A stretch of 64,000 nucleotides of DNA from Gemmatimonadota bacterium (GTDB lineage Bacteria > Gemmatimonadota > Gemmatimonadetes > Gemmatimonadales > GWC2-71-9): the NCBI GenBank assembly GCA_036679645.1, contig JAZDCY010000014.1:258601-322600 (forward strand), in the 5' to 3' direction. The translations under genes and the position numbers were made by a program. Every line of letters begins with the position of its first letter. Position 1 is the first letter of the stretch. Positions 1-9,208 of this stretch are shown here, one piece after another. The notes under the pieces were generated by a model, which had not been told where the DNA came from, ran no database searches, and saw only the letters and a program-made list of their open reading frames with translations.

Positions 1-2
1 AG

Positions 3-1288
3 CCGGCGGGCGCGAACCTCTACCCTGCAGACATCACGCGGGACGAATTCAATGCGTTCGTCACCGAGCACCCCGACCAGGCAGATGCACTTCGGTCGCT
101 CTACACGGTCGTCGTGCGGGGCGATGACGGTGGGTTGACGACCGTTCCCTACCACGAGGTGTTCGCCGAGCGGCACGAGGCGGCGGCCGCGCGATTGCGG
201 GAGGCAGCCGAACTGGCCGACGACCCCGGACTCCGCCGCTACCTCGAGCTCCGAGCCGACGCCCTCCTCTCGGATGACTACCAGGCGAGCGACATGGCTT
301 GGTTGGATATGAGGGATAACACGATCGACATCGTGATCGGACCCATCGAGACATACGAAGACCAGTTGATGGGCTACAAGACGGCACACGAGGCATACGT
401 GCTGATCAAAGATCGGGTGTGGAGCGAGCGGCTGTCCCGCTATGCCGCGCTCCTGCCCGGCCTGCAGGAAGGCTTGCCGGTGCCCGAACGCTATCGGCAG
501 GAGACACCGGGTACCGATGCGGAGCTGAACGCCTACGACGCAATCTATTACGCCGGGCAGGCAAACGCCGGTTCGAAAACGATCGCTATCAATCTTCCTA
601 ACGACGAAGAGGTGCAGCTCACGAAAGGCACGCGCCGCCTGCAGCTCAAGAACGTGGTGCGCGCCAAGTTCGACTCTATTCTGATACCGATTGGGCAAAT
701 GCTCATTGCGGAAGACCAACGGAGGTACGTCACTTTCGACGCGTTCTTCGGCAACACGATGTTCCACGAGGTCGCCCACGGGCTCGGGATCAAGAACACC
801 CTGAACGGCCGCGGGACGGTGCGGGAAGCACTGCGCGAGCACGCCTCGGCGTTGGAGGAGGGCAAGGCGGATGTTCTGGGGCTCTACATGGTCACCGCCC
901 TCAGGGACGAGGGCGAGATCACCGACGGCCGCATGGAAGACGACTACGTCACCTTCATTGCGAGCATCTTCCGCTCGGTCCGATTCGGCGCGTCGAGCGC
1001 GCATGGCCGCGCCAACATGGTGCGGTTCAACTTCTTCCAGGACCGCGCTGCGTTCAGCCGCGACGAGGCCACGGGCACATACCGAGTGGACTTCGAGAGA
1101 ATGCGCGAGGCAATGACCGAACTCTCCGAGTTGCTGCTGACGCTTCAGGCGCGGGCCGCTTGTTGTCGGAGATGGGCGTGATTCGGCCATCGCTCCAAGC
1201 TGACCTGGATCGCCTCGCCGACGCTGGCATCCCGGTCGACATCGCCTTCCATCAGGGCATGGCGGTCATCGAAGGGGCGGACGAGTAG
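3..1288 (+). CDS. Zn-dependent peptidase, M49/DPP-III-like; 5'-partial, frame disrupted near 1150
   Basis: Frame open from position 3 (PAGANLYPADIT); HEVAH zinc motif and EEGKAD; a plausible C-terminus (EMGVIRPSLQADLDRLADAGIPVDIAF...) continues in another frame to TAG at 1286-1288. Confidence 0.8.
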
Positions 1289-1354
1289 TCCGCTTCTCAA
1301 CAACCACACCACATCGTTCGTAGAACGTAGGAACGCTACGGCAGGAGAATCCGC

Positions 1355-3841
1355 ATGCGACGAATTCGTATTCTATTCACGACCCTTCTAACCGTGCTGG
1401 TGGTCGGCGCGTGCGCGCGCGCCCAGAGCCAGAGTCCGACACCGCGGGGTGGCCGCTCCCAGGCCGGCCGTGGCGGACGAGACGAGCAACAGGGGCCAAA
1501 ACCGTATGGTGAGGTCATCACCGAAGAGGCACAAACCGATTCGGGCCTGTTCCACGTGCACAAGGTCGAGGGCGACCTGTTCTATGAGATTCCTGTAGAT
1601 ATGCTCGACCGGGAGATGTTGCTGGTCACCCGGATCGCACGCACACAGTCGGGGATCGGATACGGGGGCGAGCAGGCGAACGAGCAGGTGGTCCGGTGGC
1701 AGCGCCAGGACGACAAGATCCTGCTTCGGATCGTGTCCTACACCAACGTTGCCGATACCAGTCTCCCAATCCACGACGCGGTCGTCAACGCCAATTTCGA
1801 GCCGATCATTCGCGCGTTCGACATCGCCGCGTTCAACGATGACAGCAGCAACATCGTCATCGAGGTCACGGACCTCTTCACTAAGGACGTTCCGGCGTTG
1901 GGGCTGCAACGTCGCAGACGGACTCAGTACAAGGTCCGCCGGCTGGACGAGAGCCGCTCGTACATCTCTCGATTCGCCAGCTACCCGCGCAACGTAGAGA
2001 TCCGTCACGTGTTGACCTACGACGCGACAGAGCCGCCGGCTAACGCGTCAACCGGCGCCATCTCGCTCGAGATGGCGCAGTCAATGCTCGTCCTGCCAGA
2101 AGTCCCCATGCGCCGACGCTGGCTCGATGAGCGGGTCGGGTTCTTTGGCATTCGACAGGTCGATTATGGTCTCGATGCACAGCGCGCAGAAACCAGGCGC
2201 TACATCGCCCGGTGGCGGTTGGAGCCAAGTGACACGGCGGCGTTCCGCCGCGGCGAGCTGGTCGAGCCCGTAAAGCCCATAGTGTATTACATCGATCCGG
2301 CAACGCCCGTGCAATGGCGCCAGTACATCAAGCAGGGCGTCGAGGATTGGAATGTGGCCTTCGAAGAGGCAGGGTTCCGCAACGCCATCCGCGCCATGGA
2401 CCCGCCTTCAGAGGAGGAAGATCCCGAGTTCAACCCCGAGGACGCGCGGTACTCGGTGATCCGCTACTTCCCGTCCGACGTGCAGAACGCGTACGGACCG
2501 CACGTGAGCGATCCGCGTACCGGCGAGATCCTCGAGAGTGACATCGGCTGGTTCCACAACGTGATGAATCTGCTGCGGAACTGGTTCTTCGTGCAGACGG
2601 CGGCGGCCAATCCCGCAGCACGGCGGATGCGTTTCGACGACGCGCTGATGGGCCAGCTGGTCCGGTTCGTCGCGGCCCACGAGGTGGGTCACACTCTTGG
2701 GCTGCCACACAACATGAAAGCGAGCGCCGCTTACCCGGTCGATTCCCTGCGCTCCGCCAGCTTCACGTGCAGCATGGGGACGGCACCGTCGATCATGGAC
2801 TACGCACGGTTCAACTATGTGGCGCAACCGGAGGATGAAGGCGTCTGTTTCATGCCGGGCATTGGCATCTATGACAAGTACGCCATCCGCTGGGGGTACC
2901 GACCGATCCTCGACGCCCCCACACCCGAGGCCGAGCGGACGACGCTGGACGCCTGGGTACGGGAGCACGAAGGCGATCCACTGTACATGTTCGGTAACCC
3001 CAGCTCCATCGATCCCACATCACAGACCGAAGCGCTCGGCCAGGACGGCGTGCGCGCGAGCGAGCTGGGTATAGCCAACCTGCGGCGAATCGTACCGAAT
3101 CTGATAGAATGGAGCCATCAGGATCTCAGCAACTACGACGACCTGGAGGAGTTGTACGGCCAGGTCATAGGCCAATGGAACCGGTACATGGGCCACGTCA
3201 CGACGGTGATCGGCGGTGTCACCGAGACGCGAAAAACCTCGGATCAAGATGGCCCCATCTATCAGATCGTGCCGGAAGCGAACCAGCGTGCCGCCATGCG
3301 GTTCCTGAGCGAGCAGGCGTTCGCGACCCCGATGTGGATGCTCGACCGTGACATTCTTTCGCGTGTCGAGCACGCCGGTGCGGTAGAGCGTATCCGGCAA
3401 CGGCAGGTGCAGGCCGTTAACCGCCTACTATCGTTTGATCGGCTGGCCCGGCTCATCGAGTCGGAGGCGGCGCTGGGGAACGAGGCCTACACGCTATCCG
3501 AGATGTTGGGCGACGTGCGGAACGCAATCTGGTCGGAACTCGCGCAAGGCAGCACAATCGACGTCTACCGACGCAACCTCCAGCGCGGTTACCTCGAGCG
3601 CATGAACTACCTGATGACCCAAGAGCAGCCGCCGGTTCCCACGCGGTTCCGCGCATTCATCACGCGCACGAACGTCGACGTGAGTCAGAGCGACATCCGG
3701 CCGTTCGCGCGTGGGGAGCTGGAAACGTTGAAAAGGGAGATCAACGCTGCCCTGCGGCGGACACGAAACCGCGCCACGGTTCTGCACCTGCGTGACGCAC
3801 TCGTGCGGATCGACGATATTCTGGACACGGACGACGACTAG
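1355..3841 (+). CDS. Secreted zinc-dependent metalloprotease (DUF5117/DUF5118/DUF4953, EcxA-like)
   Basis: 828-aa ORF, signal peptide, HEVGHTLGLPHN metzincin motif, SIMDY Met-turn, AGGAG RBS. Confidence 0.88.
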   Translation: MRRIRILFTTLLTVLVVGACARAQSQSPTPRGGRSQAGRGGRDEQQGPKPYGEVITEEAQTDSGLFHVHKVEGDLFYEIPVDMLDREMLLVTRIARTQSGIGYGGEQANEQVVRWQRQDDKILLRIVSYTNVADTSLPIHDAVVNANFEPIIRAFDIAAFNDDSSNIVIEVTDLFTKDVPALGLQRRRRTQYKVRRLDESRSYISRFASYPRNVEIRHVLTYDATEPPANASTGAISLEMAQSMLVLPEVPMRRRWLDERVGFFGIRQVDYGLDAQRAETRRYIARWRLEPSDTAAFRRGELVEPVKPIVYYIDPATPVQWRQYIKQGVEDWNVAFEEAGFRNAIRAMDPPSEEEDPEFNPEDARYSVIRYFPSDVQNAYGPHVSDPRTGEILESDIGWFHNVMNLLRNWFFVQTAAANPAARRMRFDDALMGQLVRFVAAHEVGHTLGLPHNMKASAAYPVDSLRSASFTCSMGTAPSIMDYARFNYVAQPEDEGVCFMPGIGIYDKYAIRWGYRPILDAPTPEAERTTLDAWVREHEGDPLYMFGNPSSIDPTSQTEALGQDGVRASELGIANLRRIVPNLIEWSHQDLSNYDDLEELYGQVIGQWNRYMGHVTTVIGGVTETRKTSDQDGPIYQIVPEANQRAAMRFLSEQAFATPMWMLDRDILSRVEHAGAVERIRQRQVQAVNRLLSFDRLARLIESEAALGNEAYTLSEMLGDVRNAIWSELAQGSTIDVYRRNLQRGYLERMNYLMTQEQPPVPTRFRAFITRTNVDVSQSDIRPFARGELETLKREINAALRRTRNRATVLHLRDALVRIDDILDTDDD

Positions 3842-3845
3842 GCGG

Positions 3846-3915
3846 GTGGGGGGCGCACGCCTTGCGCCCCCCACACCTTATTTGTAGGGGCGCACGCCGT
3901 GCGCCCCTACAAATA
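3846..3915. repeat. Pair of GTAG-type REP-like palindromes between convergent genes
   Basis: gtggggggcgca-cgcct-tgcgccccccac (3846-3874) and tatttgtaggggcgca-cgccg-tgcgcccctacaaata (3879-3915). Confidence 0.75.
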
Positions 3916-5358
3916 CGGTGCCGCCAACCGCACGATTCCATCCCGCAGTTTGACCGGTAAGGACCGCCCGTCCAGTTCTTCCCCGGTCACGATTCGACCT
4001 GCGTCCCGTTTGGCAGCAAACACCCGTTCCATCTCCGCGGCGAATTTGGCATCGTAACACTCGACGTTGAACTCGAAGTTCAGCCTCAGTGAGCGCGGAT
4101 CCCAGTTCCCCGAGCCGAAGAGAGTCCACGCCCCGTCGATCACGAGCAATTTCGTGTGATCGAACGGCGGCGGGGAGTAGTAGATCTCACAGCCCTGCTT
4201 GACGAGTTGCCACAGCATGGCACGAGAGGCCCAATGCACGGCGAGCAGGTTGTTTCGCCCGGGCAGCACGACCTGAACGGTAACCCCACGCAAAGCCGCG
4301 ACATTCAACGCCGTGATCAGCGTCGCGTCGGGTAGGAAGTACGGTGTGACGATGTGGATAGTGTGTCGCGCCGCCGCGATGGCCCCATGGATGGTCCAGC
4401 GGAGCTTCTCGAAGTCCTCGTCGGGCCCGTCCGTGATGCCGCGGGCGAGGACCTGGCCGGCTTCGTCGATCCTCTGGTACCACTCGGGTCCGAGATGCTC
4501 ACCCGTGGTGAAGGTCCAGTCCTCGCCAAACGTCTCCGCGAGATGGCGGACCACCGGTCCACGGATCTGAAAGTGCATGTCCTGTACCGGCCGTTTCGGG
4601 TGCAGCGCGTGCACATTTCCGCGGCGAATGTTCATCCCACCGGTGAACCCGACGGTGCCGTCCACTATCAGCAGCTTCCGGTGATTTCGCAGATTCCAGA
4701 ACGGCGCACGCCACGGTACGTAGGTAGGCATGAACCGCACGACCACCAGCCCCATGCGGCGCAGCTTGCGCACGATGGGCGGCCAGGAATAGCGCGATCC
4801 GAGCCCGTCGATCAGCACGCGTACATCCACCCCGCGCCGCCGGGCCGCGGCCAGCGCGTCGGCAAACTCCGATCCGGACGAGTCGTTGTCGAAGATATAC
4901 GTGGACAGCGCGACGGTGCGCGTTGCGCCGGCGATGGCGTTCAACATGCACGGGAATGCAGCATCCCCGTTGACGAGCGGCTCGATGGCGTTGCTCGCCG
5001 TCAACGGCCGGCGCGTCACCTGATCCACCAACGCACCGAGCCCCGACAGGTAGCCGAACTCCGCTGGAAGATGCTCGGAGAGCATCTCGCGGGCCGGGCG
5101 CATGGCCAACTGCGAGCCCGACAACCGAGGCCCTTCCGCACGGAGTTCGGCCGCGTGACGGCGAATCCGGTTGATACCGAACACGACATACAGCACCGAC
5201 CCGGCGATCGGGACCATCAGGATCAACCCGACCCACCCCACCGCCGCACGCGAGTCGCGCTTATAAAGAATAGCATGCCCGGTTGCGATGGCAGCCAGCA
5301 GCACCACCAGCGCACCAACAACGCGGAACTCACCAAGCATCTCGAAAACAGCACTCAC
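3907..5358 (-). CDS. cls: Cardiolipin synthase (phospholipase D family)
   Basis: Two HKD motifs (NHRKLLIVDG, DHTKLLVIDG), N-terminal TM helices, RSLRLNFE. Confidence 0.92.
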   Translation of the reverse strand: MSAVFEMLGEFRVVGALVVLLAAIATGHAILYKRDSRAAVGWVGLILMVPIAGSVLYVVFGINRIRRHAAELRAEGPRLSGSQLAMRPAREMLSEHLPAEFGYLSGLGALVDQVTRRPLTASNAIEPLVNGDAAFPCMLNAIAGATRTVALSTYIFDNDSSGSEFADALAAARRRGVDVRVLIDGLGSRYSWPPIVRKLRRMGLVVVRFMPTYVPWRAPFWNLRNHRKLLIVDGTVGFTGGMNIRRGNVHALHPKRPVQDMHFQIRGPVVRHLAETFGEDWTFTTGEHLGPEWYQRIDEAGQVLARGITDGPDEDFEKLRWTIHGAIAAARHTIHIVTPYFLPDATLITALNVAALRGVTVQVVLPGRNNLLAVHWASRAMLWQLVKQGCEIYYSPPPFDHTKLLVIDGAWTLFGSGNWDPRSLRLNFEFNVECYDAKFAAEMERVFAAKRDAGRIVTGEELDGRSLPVKLRDGIVRLAAPYL

Positions 5359-5456
5359 GATCGCAACTTACCGACCCCGGGCCTATTGACAAATTCTCCG
5401 TGATACAACACCTTACGCCGCGTCGAAAATGCGAAACACGATTTGTTAGCAGGCCG

Positions 5457-5496
5457 AGTACCGTAACCGGACACGCTTCCGGCCGGTGCTTTTTTT
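5457..5496 (+). promoter_or_regulatory. Terminator-like hairpin with U-tract in the csp upstream region
   Basis: agtaccg/cggtgct and ccgga/tccgg stems followed by a T-run; TTGACA at 5386-5391 upstream. Confidence 0.45.
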
Positions 5497-5567
5497 GTGT
5501 GACTTATCCGGCTACGGTGGCCGGTGCTGAACGGGCGGTACGCCCACATTGATGAGGAGTAGATAGC

Positions 5568-5774
5568 ATGACGCAGGGCACAGTGAAGTGGTTCAACGAC
5601 GCGAAGGGCTTCGGTTTCATCACTCCCGACGAGGGCAACGAAGACTGCTTCGTGCATCATTCGTCGATCACCATGGAAGGATTCCGCACGCTGGCCGAAG
5701 GTGAGCGCGTCGAATTCGAGATCAAGCAGGGACCGAAGGGACTGCAAGCCGCGAACGTTACCAAGGCAAGCTGA
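5568..5774 (+). CDS. csp: Cold-shock protein (CspA family)
   Basis: [15 protein letters not shown] (RNP1), FVHHS (RNP2), GAGGAG RBS. Confidence 0.97.
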   Translation: MTQGTVKWFNDAKGFGFITPDEGNEDCFVHHSSITMEGFRTLAEGERVEFEIKQGPKGLQAANVTKAS

Positions 5775-5798
5775 CCACTTCGCTCATAGTGTAGCGAC

Positions 5799-5832
5799 AG
5801 AACGCCGGCTCGCGGGCCGGCGTTCTTTTTTT
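5799..5832 (+). terminator. Rho-independent terminator of csp
   Basis: agaacgccggc...gccggcgttct followed by a T-run. Confidence 0.9.
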
Positions 5833-5859
5833 GTGCCCACCAGAAGCGGGGAGCTGGGG

Positions 5860-5910
5860 TTGACACCTCAGCTACATGCTAATAATTTAGCAGTAAGCTA
5901 AATTTCTAGC
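5860..5910 (+). promoter_or_regulatory. Sigma70-type promoter with two candidate BlaI-family operators
   Basis: TTGACA (5860-5865), 17-bp spacer, TAATTT (5883-5888); GCTA-N6-TAGC at 5878-5891 and 5897-5910. Confidence 0.72.
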
Positions 5911-5969
5911 ACCTTGGGGCCCGTGACACGTTTCGCGGGCCCCACGCGTCTCACAAAGAGGGCACAATA

Positions 5970-6359
5970 ATGACCGGGACGGGCGGAGCAGGATTGAGCC
6001 GGCGTGAGCGTCAGATCATGGACGTGATATACCGGCTGGGTAGCGCCACCGCGCAAGACGTGCGGGATAACCTGCCCGACCCGCCGAGCTACTCTGCCGT
6101 GCGGGCGCTGCTGCGCGTGCTCGAGGAGAAGGGCCATGCGGTGCACCGCGCCGACGGACCGCGCTACGTCTTCCTCCCCACCGTGCCGCGCGAACAGGCG
6201 CGCGAGACAGCACTACGTCAGATCGTGCGGACGTTTTTTGACGGGTCGTCGCCCGAAGCCGTCGCGGCGCTGCTCGACCTTTCGTCCGACGATCTCTCGG
6301 ATGACGAACTGGACCGGTTGCAGACCCTGATCGACCGAGCCAGAAAGGAAGGACGCTGA
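5970..6359 (+). CDS. BlaI/MecI/CopY family transcriptional repressor
   Basis: LSRRERQIMDVIY...YSAVRALLRVLEEKG...FFDGS; translationally coupled to an M56 peptidase. Confidence 0.93.
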   Translation: MTGTGGAGLSRRERQIMDVIYRLGSATAQDVRDNLPDPPSYSAVRALLRVLEEKGHAVHRADGPRYVFLPTVPREQARETALRQIVRTFFDGSSPEAVAALLDLSSDDLSDDELDRLQTLIDRARKEGR

Positions 6360-9202
6360 TGTCAGACCTGCTAACTGGACTCGGTCTCGCGGGCAGCATG
6401 ATGCTGCCGGCTCTCCTCGGACTGGCGCTCAAAGCCACCGTTGTTCTGAGCCTGACGGCCGCGGTGGTGTACGCACTGCGTCGCCGTTCCGCCTCCGTGC
6501 GCCACCTGGTGTGGAGTGTCGGGACGGTCGCCGTGTTGGCGCTCCCCGTGCTCACGTACGCCGCGCCCGCGTGGGACACGCCGGGCACCGCCGCCTTGCG
6601 CCCGCTGGCCCCCGGCGGATTCGATATCTCGGCAACCGAAGCCCCCGCTTCACCTCCCACACCGGAACCCACCGTGACGGCCGCGTGGAGCGGCGTCGCG
6701 GCGGCACCGGCCCCAACCGTCGTCCCCGACGCCGCGCCTGCGGTCGCGTGGGGTGAGCGCGAGGCAGCACCGCTCGGGGAATCAGAAAGTGCGACGTTCC
6801 GGATAGACGTTCCTCCCACCGTGTGGCTGCTCGTCGTGTGGGCAATGGGAACGATCCTCGCGCTCTCGATCGTCGCGGACGGACTGGTGCGAAGCGCGCG
6901 GCTCGCCCGAGCCGCCCGTCCCATCCGGGACGCACAGCGGCGGGACCTGTTCCTGGATCTCTGCGCTGAAGTCGGCTATGAGCGGCACGTCCGCTTGCTC
7001 GAGGTCGATGGCGCGAGCATGCCGATGACGTGGGGTGCGCTCAGCCCCGTGATCCTGTTGCCCGCGGAATCGTCGTGCTGGTCGAACGCGCGTCTCCACG
7101 CTGTGTTATCACACGAGTTGGCACACATTCGCCGCCATGACTACATGACCCAACTGCTCGCGCAGGTGTCCTGCGCGATCCACTGGTTCAATCCACTGGC
7201 CTGGATCGCGGCGCGGCAGCTCCGCGAGGAACGGGAGCTGGCGTGTGACGACATGGTCCTGACACGCGGTGAGCGCGCGTCGGACTATGCCCGGCATCTG
7301 CTCGACGTCGCGCGGGAACTGCGCGCGAGTCCGCTGCCCGCCGCGGCGACCGTCTGCATGGTCCGTCGGTCATCGTTGCACGAACGACTGCTTGCTGTTC
7401 TGGACGCAACGCGTGTCCGAGCCGATGTCCGGCGTGAATTCGCCGTTCCCGCGGCGTTGGGCGCGTTGCTCGTTGCCCTGCCGCTCGCCGGAGCCGGAAT
7501 GGAGGACGCACGCGACGAGACGCCCGTCGTTCCAACGGCGGAAGCGTCGCTGCCTCGAAGGGCCACGAGCGAGTGGGCCGATGGTGAGGTCGCCGCCTCA
7601 TCCGTGGCGCCCGCACCGGATCGGCGCGGCGTGTTGGAGATCGTGAGCGGTCTCTTCGCCAAGGCCGCCGCGCCGCCGGCACCTGCCACACAGGGATGTG
7701 ATTGGTATACGCGTGGCCGGAACACCTCTTCTTCGCACGTTGCCGACGACAACCGCCACGAGATCCGCATCCGGCACGGCGACTGCCGTATGGAGATCGA
7801 GTACAAGGGTGACATCGAGTTCGCGGCGGACGATACCGACATCGTCCGCATCTCCCGCGGAGGATCGTTCGAGATCGAGCTTCGCGAGGGCCGTAACACG
7901 CGTCTTCTCCAAATCGAGCCCAGGGACGGCGGTCTGCAGCGCACCTGGACGGTGAACGGAGAGGAACGGGCATACGATGCGAATGCCAGCGCGTGGTTTG
8001 CGCGCATGCTCGTCGTGGTGTTCCGTCGGACGGGCGTCAACGCCGAGCAGCGCGCTACTCGCATTCTCGCAGAATCCGGTGTGGACGGGCTGTTGCAGGA
8101 GATCTCGTTCATCACGAGCGATTGGGCCGCGGTACGCTATTACACCGTGTTGCTGAGTCAACCCAATCTCGATGTCGAGACCATTCGGCGGGTCGTGCGG
8201 GAGGCGGGCCAACGGGTGGAGTCTGATTTTGAGTTGGCACGTCTGCTCATCGCCATCGCTGAGAACCAGCCGGTCGACGAGGCGGTGCAGGTCGCGTACG
8301 TCGCGGCTGCCGGCAGCATCGACTCCGACTACGAGCACCGCAGGGTTCTCTCCGCGATCCTCCGGCGCCAGGACTTAAGCGAGCCGGTGGCCAACGCGAT
8401 GTTGCAATCGGCACAGGACATCGATTCAGATTTCGAGCGTGCGCGTCTGCTGCTCGAAGTGCTCGAAGCGCACCCGCTCAACGAGGCGCTCACGCCTGCG
8501 TTCTTCGACGCGGTCCGCACCATCGGCTCCGATTTTGAGCAGCGACGCGTGCTCAGTACGGTGCTCGACCGCGGCGCCCCGAACGTCGCGGTGCTCGATC
8601 AGACGCTCACCGTTGCGAGGAACATCCAGTCGGATCACGAGCTGGCGCGGCTGCTCGTGCAGGTCGCCGATCAGTACCCTGTCGACGTCTCGCTCCCCGC
8701 ATCGTATCTCGACGCCGCGCGCTCGCTCGGCTCGGACCATGAGCGGAGCCGTGTGCTTCGGACGCTCCTCGGTCGGGAGACGTTGTCGCCTAGGGTTACC
8801 GCGTCGGTCCTCGCGGCAGCCGGTTCGATGACCTCGAACTTCGAGCTGTCGCGCATTCTCAAGGGTGTCGCAATGGGTGATCCGCTCACGGCACCGACGC
8901 GCGACGCGTTCTTCCGCGCGCTCGATGGCATGGAGTCCGATCATGAACTATCGACGGTGTTACAGACCGTGATCGAGCACCAGCCGTTGGATGACGATCT
9001 CGTGGGACGGGTGTTGCAGTCCGCGCTCCAGATCGGGAGCGATCACTCGCTCGCCCAATTGTTGATCAAGATCGCGAACGATTATACCCTGGGTGACGCC
9101 GTGCGGCCGGCGTTCATGCTAGCGGTCGATCGGATCGAATCGGAGCACACGCGGGGCCAGGTACTCGCGGCGCTCTACCCGCGCGGCCGGCCCGCCGAGT
9201 AG
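6359..9202 (+). CDS. BlaR1-like M56 peptidase with a C-terminal helical repeat domain
   Basis: HELAHIRRHD, HWFNPLAW, ERELACDD; about 11 repeats of ~35 aa containing SD(F/H/Y)E.xR(V/L)L. Confidence 0.9.
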   Translation: MSDLLTGLGLAGSMMLPALLGLALKATVVLSLTAAVVYALRRRSASVRHLVWSVGTVAVLALPVLTYAAPAWDTPGTAALRPLAPGGFDISATEAPASPPTPEPTVTAAWSGVAAAPAPTVVPDAAPAVAWGEREAAPLGESESATFRIDVPPTVWLLVVWAMGTILALSIVADGLVRSARLARAARPIRDAQRRDLFLDLCAEVGYERHVRLLEVDGASMPMTWGALSPVILLPAESSCWSNARLHAVLSHELAHIRRHDYMTQLLAQVSCAIHWFNPLAWIAARQLREERELACDDMVLTRGERASDYARHLLDVARELRASPLPAAATVCMVRRSSLHERLLAVLDATRVRADVRREFAVPAALGALLVALPLAGAGMEDARDETPVVPTAEASLPRRATSEWADGEVAASSVAPAPDRRGVLEIVSGLFAKAAAPPAPATQGCDWYTRGRNTSSSHVADDNRHEIRIRHGDCRMEIEYKGDIEFAADDTDIVRISRGGSFEIELREGRNTRLLQIEPRDGGLQRTWTVNGEERAYDANASAWFARMLVVVFRRTGVNAEQRATRILAESGVDGLLQEISFITSDWAAVRYYTVLLSQPNLDVETIRRVVREAGQRVESDFELARLLIAIAENQPVDEAVQVAYVAAAGSIDSDYEHRRVLSAILRRQDLSEPVANAMLQSAQDIDSDFERARLLLEVLEAHPLNEALTPAFFDAVRTIGSDFEQRRVLSTVLDRGAPNVAVLDQTLTVARNIQSDHELARLLVQVADQYPVDVSLPASYLDAARSLGSDHERSRVLRTLLGRETLSPRVTASVLAAAGSMTSNFELSRILKGVAMGDPLTAPTRDAFFRALDGMESDHELSTVLQTVIEHQPLDDDLVGRVLQSALQIGSDHSLAQLLIKIANDYTLGDAVRPAFMLAVDRIESEHTRGQVLAALYPRGRPAE

Positions 9203-9208
9203 GGGTCC

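Noticed and set aside
4354..5403. 349-aa plus-strand ORF
   Set aside because: Antisense shadow of cls in GC-rich DNA; no motifs
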